DNA of 64,000 nt from an uncultured delta proteobacterium (lineage in GTDB: Bacteria; Myxococcota_A; Polyangia; Polyangiales; Polyangiaceae). Location: contig CAWKKR010000005.1 in the NCBI GenBank assembly GCA_963850305.1, positions 160,001-224,000 of the forward strand, read 5' to 3'. How positions within the stretch are numbered: the stretch's first letter is position 1; every line of letters starts with the position of its first letter. Below are positions 42,874 through 51,875 of the stretch, one piece after another. The notes beneath the pieces were generated by a model. It was not told the DNA's origin, did not search any database, and worked only from the letters and a program-made list of their open reading frames with translations. Made by a program: the position numbers and the translations under genes.

Positions 42874-44304
42874 ATGCGAGCCGAGGCCTCGGTTCTTCTC
42901 GTGGCGATGGCCGTCGGGCACACGGCCGTTGCGCGCGCCGAAGGTGCTGGAGCCGCAGCACCCGTCGCGGTGGCAAGCGCCGGCGCCGCCGTGACCACGC
43001 TCCCGGTCAACGTCGCTCCACCGTCGACGACGCACCGCTACACGCTGAAAGAGTGCCTCGCGTTCGCGGAGAACAACTACCCGAAGGTTCACGAAGCCGC
43101 CGCGCAGCTCGCCCGCATGCGGGCCCAGGTGTTCGAAGCGCGGACCGCGCCGTTCAGTCAGTTCTCCGCGCAGGCGGGGGTAACCCTCGCGCCGACCGTA
43201 GAGGGCACGGCTCTTTACAGCCCGAACACCGACGCAACCATCACCTCGAGCATGGCGCTGGCGTGGCGCGTCGGCGTGGAGGGGGCGGTGCCGCTCTGGA
43301 CCTTCGGAAAGATCTCGAGCGCCATCGAAGCCGCGAACGACCAAACCAAGGTCGGCGAGCAAAACGTACGGAAAGCGAAGAACGAGGTCGATCTGTCCGT
43401 TCGGCAGGCGTTCTACGGCGTTCTCCTGGCGCGCGACGCACTGGCGCTCCTCGACGAGGCGATCGGGCGGGTGGACAAGTATCTCCCGCAGGCGCAGCAG
43501 AAGTCGGACTCCGGCGACGGAGACGACATCCCGCTCCTGAAGCTCAAGATTCATCGAGCGGAGCTCGAGGCACGTCGCAGCGAGGCGACGAAGGAGAAGA
43601 GTATCGCCCTCGCGAATCTCCGGTTCTTGACCGGGCAAGGCTCGTCGCTCGATGTCCCGGACGAACCGCTCCGGAAAGTGGCGCGCCCGCTCGGCCCGGT
43701 CTCGGAGTATCTTGCCGCTGCTCGGCTCTTCCGTCCCGAGATCAACATGGCTCGCGCCGGCGTGCTCGCGCGCAAGGCGCAGCTCGACCTCGAACGGGCG
43801 CGTTTTTATCCGGACATCGCCTTCGCGGCTTCCGCGTCGCGCTCGTACGCCCCCGAGATCGCCGACCAGCTGAATCCGTTCGTCTATGACCAGGCGAACT
43901 ACACGCGATACGGCCTCGGTCTCGTCGTGAACTGGACTCTGGACTTCCTGCCGCGCGCCGCGAAGGTCGAACAGGCGGAAGCGCAGCTGGACGAGATCCG
44001 GGCGACCGAGCGCTTTGCCCTCGGCGGCGTGGGCGTCGAGGTAGAGACCGCGTTCGCCGAGGCGCAAGACGCCAGCCGGCGGCTCGATGCGTTCACCGAA
44101 GCCGTTCGCTACGCGCGTCAGTGGCTGGTCAAGGTCCAGGAGGGGATCGACGTCGGGACGTTCGACGACGACGAGATCGTCGATCCGGCGAAGGAGTACG
44201 CACTCCGCCGCTTCGCGCAGATGAGCGCGATCCTCGACTACAATGTCGCGATGGCGAAGCTCGCGCTCGCCACGGGCTGGGACGCCGTCGCGCCCGAAGA
44301 GTGA
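42874..44304 (+). CDS. TolC family outer-membrane efflux protein
   Basis: Signal peptide, TLKECLAFAENNYP, PLWTFGK, RFYPDI, YNVAMAKLALATG. Confidence 0.9.
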   Translation: MRAEASVLLVAMAVGHTAVARAEGAGAAAPVAVASAGAAVTTLPVNVAPPSTTHRYTLKECLAFAENNYPKVHEAAAQLARMRAQVFEARTAPFSQFSAQAGVTLAPTVEGTALYSPNTDATITSSMALAWRVGVEGAVPLWTFGKISSAIEAANDQTKVGEQNVRKAKNEVDLSVRQAFYGVLLARDALALLDEAIGRVDKYLPQAQQKSDSGDGDDIPLLKLKIHRAELEARRSEATKEKSIALANLRFLTGQGSSLDVPDEPLRKVARPLGPVSEYLAAARLFRPEINMARAGVLARKAQLDLERARFYPDIAFAASASRSYAPEIADQLNPFVYDQANYTRYGLGLVVNWTLDFLPRAAKVEQAEAQLDEIRATERFALGGVGVEVETAFAEAQDASRRLDAFTEAVRYARQWLVKVQEGIDVGTFDDDEIVDPAKEYALRRFAQMSAILDYNVAMAKLALATGWDAVAPEE

Positions 44305-44458
44305 ACGCGCCACAATCCCACACCGTGTGATCAACGACCCCGCTTGGTCCTTGGTCCAGCCGATTCACGGCCCGCTCGGGGAACGAGCCGGCCGAAGGCG
44401 GCGGGGGAGCGGCTGCGAAGCAAACCACGGGCGCGGGCAACGCCTCCAGGTAAGTGAA

Positions 44459-46471
44459 TCAGACGGAGTGCGCCTTCGAATCGCGCTCGTCCAGCTTCTT
44501 CTCGATGCTCGAAAGGGCGTTCGTGATCGCCTCGGTCACCATCGTGATGATGACCGGGAGCTGACCCCGCAACGCCTCGTAATACCGTTGTCTCTCGGTC
44601 GAATGAATCAACGCGGGCGGGCAGTCCGCGCGCATGAGCAGCAAGTTCATGAATAGACGAGCGACCTTCCCGCTGTCGAGAGCGAAGGGGAACACGCGCA
44701 GGAGATCGTAGTGGGCGCGGGCCACGATCCGAACGGTGTTCTTCAGCTTCTTCGGTTCGGGGCCGTTCATCCAGTCGAACACCTGGCGGACCTTGTAGGC
44801 AATCTTGTCGGGCGCGGCATACTCGTGGAAGTAGAGCCGGTGCTGCGGGATGTCCTTCCGGTACTTCACGGTCTTCAGATCCCCCTCTTCGGGGTGCAGG
44901 ATGAGGTAAATCCGCTTCACCGTGTCGATGGTGACCGGCACGCGCTTCTTCTCGGCCTGCTCGCGTACGTACTCGATGGCGGCCTTGTGACGACGGATCT
45001 CGTCGCAGACGGCCTGCATGCTCGAGTCCGGCACGACGGCCACGTTCGGATTGATCGCCATCCGCAGCTCGTCGTACGTGTAGACGACGCCTTCGAGCGC
45101 GCTGTCGTGATAGATCCACGACATCAGGAGGCTCTCTTCGTACTCGTGGCGGAACGCGTCGTCCGTCTGGCGGAGCCGCTGGTTGATCAGGGCATAGCGT
45201 TCTTCGATCGACGCCGGTGGCGGCGCGGGCGGCGCGGGCGGAATGGTCCGGACGATGGGATGGTGCGGTTCACCATCGGCGCGCATCGGGGCCTTGGGGA
45301 TGCGAAGATTCGCGAATCGATTCTCGTCGGCTTCGGCGTCGGCCGCTCGCCGCGTCCGTGACTGATCCGGGATCGACGACGGCGTATAGACGCGCGTCGT
45401 CGCGACGGCGCGTCCGCTCGCCGCGGCGCGACTCGCCCGCGTGGCGCGCACCACGCGACCTTCGAGGGCTCTTCGTGCGGCCTCTCGCTCGGCTCGCAGC
45501 CGCGCTTGTTCGGCCTCCTTGGCCTTCCGGTAGGCCTCGCGCTCCGCGTCGCGTTTCGCGCGCTCCTCCTCTTTTCTGCGTCGCGCCTCGTCGCGCAGCC
45601 GGTCCCGCTCGGCTTCCCGCTCGGCTTTCAACCGCACGCGCTCGGCCTCTCGCTCGGCCTTCAGCCGCGCACCTTCGACCTCCTTCGCCTTCTGTTCGGC
45701 GGCGCGCTTGGCCTCCCGCTCTTTCGCGATGCGGAGTAACTCCTTCTCTTTGACCTTCTTCGCGGCCGCGCGCTCGCGTGTCAGACGCTCGGCGGCGCGC
45801 TTTCGCTCCTTCTGGAGCCGCGCCTTGGCCTTCTCCGCTTCCCGGCGCTTTCGCTCCTTCTCCGCGAGGGCAAGGCTCTTCGCTTTTGCGCGCTCGGCCT
45901 GCTGCTTCGCCTTGGCCTTCTCGGCCTCGCGGCGCTTCCGCTCTTTCTCGGCGCGTAGCTTCGCCTTTTTGGCCTTCTCGGCCTCGCGGCGTTTGCCTTC
46001 CTTTTCGGCCTCGCGGCGCCTCCGCTCTTTCTCGGCGCGTAGCTTCGCTTGCTTTGCCTCGGCCCCGCGGCGCTTGCGCTGCTTCTCCGCTTCCCGGCGC
46101 TCGCGCTCCTTTGCGGCCCGCAGCTTGGCCTTCTCGGCCTCCCGATGTTTACGGGCCTTTGCGGCCTCGGCCCGCACCCGGTCCTTTTCCGCCTGGGCGC
46201 GCTTCCGCTTCTGTTCGACGAGGCGCTTCAGCTTCCTTGCCGCCTTGTCCTTCGCCCTGGCGTGCTTTGCGGCGGCCTCCTTCGCCTTGCGAGCCTGCTT
46301 CTTGCCAGCCTTCTTCGCCTTCCGGGCCGCGGAGCCCGACGGCTTCTTCGCCGCGGCTCGACTTCCCTCTGTTCGGGGCCGTCGAGAATTCGCACGCTTC
46401 CCCCCTCGTGACTGCTTTTTCACGTGGGCTTTCCGGGACTTCGATTTGCTATGACCCGCCATTCGACGCAC
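44459..46471 (-). CDS. Fic-domain protein with degenerate active site and long K/R/E/A-rich N-terminus
   Basis: WIYHDSALEG helix, HYDLLRVFPFALDSGKVARL in place of HPFxDGNGRxxR, RQRYYEAL. Confidence 0.85.
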   Translation of the reverse strand: MRRMAGHSKSKSRKAHVKKQSRGGKRANSRRPRTEGSRAAAKKPSGSAARKAKKAGKKQARKAKEAAAKHARAKDKAARKLKRLVEQKRKRAQAEKDRVRAEAAKARKHREAEKAKLRAAKERERREAEKQRKRRGAEAKQAKLRAEKERRRREAEKEGKRREAEKAKKAKLRAEKERKRREAEKAKAKQQAERAKAKSLALAEKERKRREAEKAKARLQKERKRAAERLTRERAAAKKVKEKELLRIAKEREAKRAAEQKAKEVEGARLKAEREAERVRLKAEREAERDRLRDEARRRKEEERAKRDAEREAYRKAKEAEQARLRAEREAARRALEGRVVRATRASRAAASGRAVATTRVYTPSSIPDQSRTRRAADAEADENRFANLRIPKAPMRADGEPHHPIVRTIPPAPPAPPPASIEERYALINQRLRQTDDAFRHEYEESLLMSWIYHDSALEGVVYTYDELRMAINPNVAVVPDSSMQAVCDEIRRHKAAIEYVREQAEKKRVPVTIDTVKRIYLILHPEEGDLKTVKYRKDIPQHRLYFHEYAAPDKIAYKVRQVFDWMNGPEPKKLKNTVRIVARAHYDLLRVFPFALDSGKVARLFMNLLLMRADCPPALIHSTERQRYYEALRGQLPVIITMVTEAITNALSSIEKKLDERDSKAHSV

Positions 46472-46644
46472 GGTCCGACCCCCGAATCGCGAACCCCAGG
46501 GGGTCGACCAAAAACCGCCCGGCGCCTGACCGTTTCAGGCTTGCCTACGGAGCGCAACCCGGGAAATCGGGAGCCGCGAAGCTAGTCGCGTCAGGCGTAT
46601 TCCGTCAAGCGGCGCGGTCACATCCGCCGTCACCGCCGAGCGGC

Positions 46645-47478
46645 TCAGGCTGCGGTCGGAGCGCCGGGCGTCGTCCAGTAGTCGGGAAAAATCTCGCTCC
46701 GCGGCAGGGGACCGGGGCGCCTCGTGAGGATCTCGCAACCCGTGTCCGTCACCACCACGGTGTGCTCGAATTGAGCCGAAAGCTCGCCGTCCGCGGTCAC
46801 GGCCGTCCATTCGTCCGCGAGCACTTCCACGTCCGGCACGCCGAGGTTGATCATGGGCTCTATCGTGAACGTCATGCCCGGTTTGAGCCGGATGCCCCGC
46901 CCCCGGATCCCGACATGCAGCACCTTCGGTTCCTCGTGGAATTTCCGCCCAATCCCGTGGCCGACGAAGTCCGTGACGACGGAGCAGCCGAGCCCCTCGG
47001 CGAACTCCTGGATGGCCGCGCCGATGTCGCCGAGCCGGGCTCCCGGTCTGACCTCGGCGATCCCGAGGTCCAGGCACTTGCGAGTAATCTCCGTGATCTT
47101 CTTGGCTTTCTCGCCCGGCGTTCCGACGTAGAACGTCGCCGAGGTGTCGCCGTGAAAGCCCTTGTAGATATGCGTCACGTCGATATTGATGATGTCCCCA
47201 TCGACCAGTTTCTGCGGCCCTGGGATGCCATGGCACACCACCTCATTGATCGATGTGCAGACACTCTTCGGGAAGCCGAGGTAGTTCAGGGGTGCGGGCC
47301 GGCAGCCCTTCTTCAGCGTGTCCGCGTGGACGAAGGCGTCAATCTCGTCGGTCGTCACGCCGGGCCGCACGAGCTCCCAGGTCGCGAAGAGGGTCTCCGC
47401 GGCGAGGCGCCCGGCCTCCCGCATGATGTCGATTTCTCCGGCGGTCTTTATCTGGACGGTCTTTGGACGGAAGTGCAT
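46645..47478 (-). CDS. map: Methionine aminopeptidase type I
   Basis: SINEVVCHGIP, DGDIINID, HGDTS, GHGIG, TIEPM, SAQFEHT. Confidence 0.97.
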   Translation of the reverse strand: MHFRPKTVQIKTAGEIDIMREAGRLAAETLFATWELVRPGVTTDEIDAFVHADTLKKGCRPAPLNYLGFPKSVCTSINEVVCHGIPGPQKLVDGDIINIDVTHIYKGFHGDTSATFYVGTPGEKAKKITEITRKCLDLGIAEVRPGARLGDIGAAIQEFAEGLGCSVVTDFVGHGIGRKFHEEPKVLHVGIRGRGIRLKPGMTFTIEPMINLGVPDVEVLADEWTAVTADGELSAQFEHTVVVTDTGCEILTRRPGPLPRSEIFPDYWTTPGAPTAA

Positions 47479-47484
47479 CGGTGT

Positions 47485-48051
47485 TCAGCGCGCAGTTTGC
47501 ACCCCGGTGCGCCTGCCGTCGAGGGCCTTCGCGTGTCCGAGGAGTGCCGTCAATCCTGGGACGTCGCCGTCGCCGTACCAGTGAACTCGCGGCTCCCCCG
47601 CCTGCACGAAGTGCCTGAGGAACAAGACGAATCGTGTTCCGACCAGGCGGTCGCCGTGCGCCTGGACCGAGCCGAGCGACGGATTGTCCGTCTCGATATC
47701 GAGCTCGAGGTGCGGATCCGGAACGCGCCCGAGGAGCGGGGAGCCCTCTGGAACGAGCCCCAGGGTGTACTCCCTCGTGTCGTCGGACAGCTCCTGTGAG
47801 ACCGTCGCGATCCGCACCACCACCACCGAATCCGCCGCCCGGATCCGCACCGGGAGCTTCGGGTCGTCCTCGAGCGCGGTCTCAGGAGGAAGTCCGAACA
47901 CCGTGGGGGCGAGCACGTCGTCGAAGATGGACGCTTCCTCCGGCGTGTACGGCGGCAGCCCGCTCACGGCGGAAACGGCTCTCGCCGGCGCTTCCGCGCA
48001 CGAAAAGAGACACCCAGCCGCGAGGGTAAGAGGAGCAAGCCAGCGCTGCAT
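47485..48051 (-). CDS. Hypothetical lipoprotein
   Basis: MQRWLAPLTLAAGCLFS|C; 6 bp upstream of map. Confidence 0.7.
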   Translation of the reverse strand: MQRWLAPLTLAAGCLFSCAEAPARAVSAVSGLPPYTPEEASIFDDVLAPTVFGLPPETALEDDPKLPVRIRAADSVVVVRIATVSQELSDDTREYTLGLVPEGSPLLGRVPDPHLELDIETDNPSLGSVQAHGDRLVGTRFVLFLRHFVQAGEPRVHWYGDGDVPGLTALLGHAKALDGRRTGVQTAR

Positions 48052-48145
48052 CTCCCCGCACAACTAGCACCGACCCGGATTTTCCCCCCGCACTTCGCGG
48101 CACGGTCTGTCATTTGAGGGCTTCTCGGAGTAGATCCTGACGCCC

Positions 48146-48976
48146 ATGAAAACGAGGGTAGCTGCACTCATCGTCGGTCTCTTGCTCGGAGGCCTCGCCA
48201 CGAGCTCCGTTCAGGCTCGCCCCGTCGTCCTGGGCAGACCCAGCGCAAAGAAGGGCAAGGTCGGGAAAGAGCCCGGTCCCCCGGAAGTCACGAAGAAGGT
48301 CAAACTGTCCCCTGACGGCCTGGCGTTCGGGATCACCGTCGAGGAGCTATCGAAGCTCTACGACAAGGTCCTCGACGACGAGTACGTGCCGCTCTACGAG
48401 CACACGGACCCGGGTCCGCGAACCGCCGAGCTCGACGCGGAGCTTGCCGACAAGAAGGCCCTGATCCTCAGGCACAAGCTCGACTTCGGTTCCCTGCCGA
48501 GCGGGCTCGACGACACGCCGCTCTCCGACGAATACACCTACAACAACGGCGAGAGCATGACCCATCTCAGGGTCCACGGTGGTGTGCACCGGTACTTCTT
48601 TTTCATGGGGAACCGGCTGTGGAAGGTCTACGACATCCACAAGCTCGGGGAAAAGAGCAAGCTCGGCGCGGATTTCGACTCCGCCGTCGCGAAGCTCGCC
48701 AAGGAGTTCGGCAAGCCGCCGCGTGTGCGAAAAGCCGATCCGGGCGCCGGGCGAAAGATTGATCAGGTGGACTGGCAGGACAAGGACACCATCGTCCGGG
48801 CGCTCGACTATGGTGGCGATCAGATGGTGATCGCGTACATCGATCGAAAGACCGAGGAGCATCTCGACCGTTACCGGACGCACAAGGCGAGCAACGGCAA
48901 CGGCCTCGACCAGGACGTTTCCGCCGTCACGAACGAGGGTGGGCCGAAGCCGCCCAACATGGCGGGTCGCCACTGA
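48146..48976 (+). CDS. Hypothetical secreted protein
   Basis: Signal peptide ending VQA; typical codon usage. Confidence 0.8.
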   Translation: MKTRVAALIVGLLLGGLATSSVQARPVVLGRPSAKKGKVGKEPGPPEVTKKVKLSPDGLAFGITVEELSKLYDKVLDDEYVPLYEHTDPGPRTAELDAELADKKALILRHKLDFGSLPSGLDDTPLSDEYTYNNGESMTHLRVHGGVHRYFFFMGNRLWKVYDIHKLGEKSKLGADFDSAVAKLAKEFGKPPRVRKADPGAGRKIDQVDWQDKDTIVRALDYGGDQMVIAYIDRKTEEHLDRYRTHKASNGNGLDQDVSAVTNEGGPKPPNMAGRH

Positions 48977-49044
48977 CGCTCTTTAGCGCAGGCCGAGCCC
49001 CACGTGGGGACGCCCGCGCGCTCCGTCTGCGCCGCTATCTGGCA

Positions 49045-49314
49045 CTAGTCCGCGACGAGCTCCGCGCCGGGGGGCAGCAACGCGCCGGAGGTCACGGTGA
49101 TGCGGACGTTCGGCGCGACGGCAAACAACGCCGGCTCGATCACGCGGCGCGTGGCCAGGGTATTGCCCGGGCACCCCGAGTACCGGCCCGTCAAGTGCAG
49201 GCTCACGGCCTCATCCGTCGCGTCCACCAGGTAGAGCCGGCCTCCGTCGGCACGGATGAGCGGCCCGACGATCTCTCGTACGACCCTGACGATCTCAGCC
49301 CGGGAGCCGGTCAT
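49045..49314 (-). CDS. NifU C-terminal domain protein
   Basis: IVGPLIRADGG..LV..LTGRYSGCPG..IEPAL. Confidence 0.8.
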   Translation of the reverse strand: MTGSRAEIVRVVREIVGPLIRADGGRLYLVDATDEAVSLHLTGRYSGCPGNTLATRRVIEPALFAVAPNVRITVTSGALLPPGAELVAD

Positions 49315-49583
49315 ACCAACTCCACTGTATCAGATCGGCGCGCTCCGGATCCGCCACGCCCGACAGCCCGGGACCCATCCGGTTCGCCCGGCGTCACGAG
49401 CTTTCGGCCCTGGCGAGCCCGATCACGATCCGCATTGCCGAACGGCGCGCCTTGATTTAGGTTCCGGCCCGCCTGAGCCGCTGCGTGGCGCATAACTGCT
49501 CGCTCACGGGCCCTCTGGCGCCGCCTGTCGCCGGTGCTACGTTCCGCGCGCCGCGACAATCACCGCAGGGAAACGCTTCATCC

Positions 49584-49841
49584 ATGGCCGTTCACATTCG
49601 TCTCTCCCGTCACGGGACTAAGAAACTCCCGTTTTATCGCATCGTGGTCACGGACCATCGCAGCCGGAGAGACGGTCGGTTCATCGAGAACATCGGGACG
49701 TTCACGCCCACGCCGGACCCCGGCGCTCTGGTGCTCGACCGGGATCGCCTCTCGTACTGGAGGAGCATTGGCGCGGAAGCGTCGCACACGCTCGTTCGAC
49801 TGCTCAGGAAACACCCGGCGCCTGCCGCCGCGGCGACCTGA
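49584..49841 (+). CDS. rpsP: 30S ribosomal protein S16
   Basis: MAVHIRLSRHGTKKLPFYRIVVTD..RRDGRFIE. Confidence 0.97.
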   Translation: MAVHIRLSRHGTKKLPFYRIVVTDHRSRRDGRFIENIGTFTPTPDPGALVLDRDRLSYWRSIGAEASHTLVRLLRKHPAPAAAAT

Positions 49842-49871
49842 TCCCGTTCGCGACTCCCGGAGGATCTCGGC

Positions 49872-50108
49872 ATGGCGCTGAAAGAGCTGATTCGAATCAT
49901 CGCGCAGTCGCTCGTCGACGAGCCTGACGCGGTGGACGTCCACGAGGTGGAGGGGGATCGGAACTGCCTCATCGAGCTCCGGGTCGCGAAGGGCGACATC
50001 GGCAAGGTGATCGGCAAGGACGGTCGAACGGCGCAATCGATGAGAGCGATCCTCTCCGCCGCTTCGACGAAGGCGGGCCGCCGCGCGCACCTCGACATCG
50101 TCGATTGA
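49872..50108 (+). CDS. khpA: KH domain RNA-binding protein (KhpA/YlqC)
   Basis: DIGKVIGKDGRTA; conserved position between rpsP and rimM. Confidence 0.93.
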   Translation: MALKELIRIIAQSLVDEPDAVDVHEVEGDRNCLIELRVAKGDIGKVIGKDGRTAQSMRAILSAASTKAGRRAHLDIVD

Positions 50109-50605
50109 CGCTGGTCGAGATCGGTCGCGTCACGCGCCCCCACGGCGTTCGCGGCGAGGTGCGTGTGCACCTGCACTTCGCGGGGAGCGACACGCTCGAC
50201 CGAGTGAAGACGGTGACCCTCGTACACCGCGGGGAGTCGGTCCCGCGCAAGGTCCTCGCCGCGCGGCGAGCGGACAAGGCGATGCTCCTCCGGTTCGAAG
50301 GCATTGCCGATCGGGACGGCGCGGAGTCGCTCCGCGGCGCGGGCGTGTGCGTCCCGCGCGACGTCCTGCCGCCCGTCGAAGACGGCGAGTACTACCTGTG
50401 TGATCTCATCGGCGCGCGCGTCGTGGGGCCCGACGGAGACGTCGGCGAGGTGGTCGAAGTGCGAGTGCATCCGTCCGTCGACGCGCTCGTCGTGAAGACG
50501 CCCGACGGGCGGCTTCTGGAGCAGGCCCTCGCGGACCCGTGGATCGCGAACGTGGATGCCGTCGCGAAGGTCGTCGAGCTGTCGACCACAGACGGTCTCA
50601 TCTGA
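50105..50605 (+). CDS. rimM: Ribosome maturation factor RimM
   Basis: IGRVTRPHGVRGEV, EYYLCDLIG; synteny. Confidence 0.93.
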   Translation: MTLVEIGRVTRPHGVRGEVRVHLHFAGSDTLDRVKTVTLVHRGESVPRKVLAARRADKAMLLRFEGIADRDGAESLRGAGVCVPRDVLPPVEDGEYYLCDLIGARVVGPDGDVGEVVEVRVHPSVDALVVKTPDGRLLEQALADPWIANVDAVAKVVELSTTDGLI

Positions 50606-50616
50606 GGGCCGCGCGC

Positions 50617-51321
50617 ATGCACATCCGTATCGTCACTCTGTTCCCGGAGCTCTTCACGACGTTCCTCGACACGAGCTTCGTCAAGAAGGCGATCGTCTCG
50701 GGAGCGCTCGGGGTTCACCTCGAGGCGCTCCGGCAACATGGCATCGGCAAGCACCTGAGCGTCGACGACACGCCGTACGGCGGAGGCGCGGGCATGGTGC
50801 TGCGCGTGGATTGCGTGTCCGCGGCCATCGAAGCCGCCGAAGGGACGGCAGGGCGCTCGCACCGCGTCTTGCTGACGCCCCAGGGCGCGCCGCTCCGGCA
50901 GGCCATGGCAGCGGCGCTCGTGGCGCGCGAGAACGTGACGCTCGTGTGCGGTCGCTACGAAGGCTTCGACGAGCGCGTGCGTGCGCTCGTCGACGAAGAG
51001 ATTTCCCTCGGCGACTTCGTGCTCGCCGGAGGCGAGGTGCCGGCGATGGCGATCATCGAGGCCTGTATCCGCCTCTTGCCCGGGGTGCTCGGCAACGACC
51101 AGTCCGTCTCGGAGGAATCCTTCGGCGACCCGGACGGCCTTCTGCTCGAGTATCCGCAGTACACGCGGCCCGCCTCGTTCCGCGGCATGGAGGTTCCGGA
51201 GATCCTCACGAAGGGCGATCACGGACGCATCGCGGCCTGGCGTCGCGACCGCGCCGCCGAGCGGACGCGAGAACGCCGCCCGGATCTCCTCCGTCCGCTC
51301 CCCGGCAAGGGGGCAAAGTGA
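50617..51321 (+). CDS. trmD: tRNA (guanine37-N1)-methyltransferase
   Basis: TLFPE, VDDTPYGGGAGM, CGRYEGFDER, SLGDFVLAGGE, EYPQYTRP. Confidence 0.97.
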   Translation: MHIRIVTLFPELFTTFLDTSFVKKAIVSGALGVHLEALRQHGIGKHLSVDDTPYGGGAGMVLRVDCVSAAIEAAEGTAGRSHRVLLTPQGAPLRQAMAAALVARENVTLVCGRYEGFDERVRALVDEEISLGDFVLAGGEVPAMAIIEACIRLLPGVLGNDQSVSEESFGDPDGLLLEYPQYTRPASFRGMEVPEILTKGDHGRIAAWRRDRAAERTRERRPDLLRPLPGKGAK

Positions 51322-51875
51322 GCCGTCCTCGCCGGCTGGCCGTGGCGCTCTTGCATCACCCGGTCGTCGATCGACAGGGCGCGGTCGTCACGACGGCGGT
51401 GACGAACCTCGACGTCCACGACATCGCCCGGAGCGCCCACACGTTCGGCGCGTCCGACTTCTTCGTCGTTCATCCGATCGCGGCGCAGCGAGAGCTCGTC
51501 ACGCGCATCCGCGATCACTGGGTCGAGGGCTCCGGCGGCAAGCGGATCCCCGATCGCAAACCGGCGATGGAGCTCGCGCGCATCGTCGAGTCGCTGGAGG
51601 CCGTCACCGCGGCGCTGCCCGGCGCGGAGCTCTGGGTCACCAGCGCCGCACCGGGCGGCACGTTCGAGCACTCCGCCGCCCGTGAGCTCATCGCGAGCGC
51701 AGGGCCGCCGATCGTGCTGTGCTTCGGCACGGGCTGGGGGCTAGCTCCCGAAGTGATGGAGCGCGCGGCGCGGCGCCTCTCGCCGATCCGCTCGCCCCGT
51801 GCCGACGGGTACAATCACCTGAGCGTCAGGGCTGCCGCGGCAATCCTGCTCGACCGGCTCCTCGGCGTGCAGTGA
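51318..51875 (+). CDS. SPOUT-class RNA methyltransferase (TrmD-associated)
   Basis: ALLHHPV, TAVTNLDVHDIAR, FGTGWGL, YNHLSVRAAAAILLDRL. Confidence 0.88.
   Translation: MSRPRRLAVALLHHPVVDRQGAVVTTAVTNLDVHDIARSAHTFGASDFFVVHPIAAQRELVTRIRDHWVEGSGGKRIPDRKPAMELARIVESLEAVTAALPGAELWVTSAAPGGTFEHSAARELIASAGPPIVLCFGTGWGLAPEVMERAARRLSPIRSPRADGYNHLSVRAAAAILLDRLLGVQ

Noticed and set aside
45708..46454. Plus-strand F/S/A/R repetitive ORF and DNA-level repeats
   Set aside because: Antisense of the K/E/R/A-rich Fic N-terminus; repeats are coding and irregular, not CRISPR
49320..49580. Intergenic region before rpsP considered as SRP or 6S RNA
   Set aside because: No SRP core motif or convincing 6S structure seen; likely divergent promoters; an Rfam search would settle it
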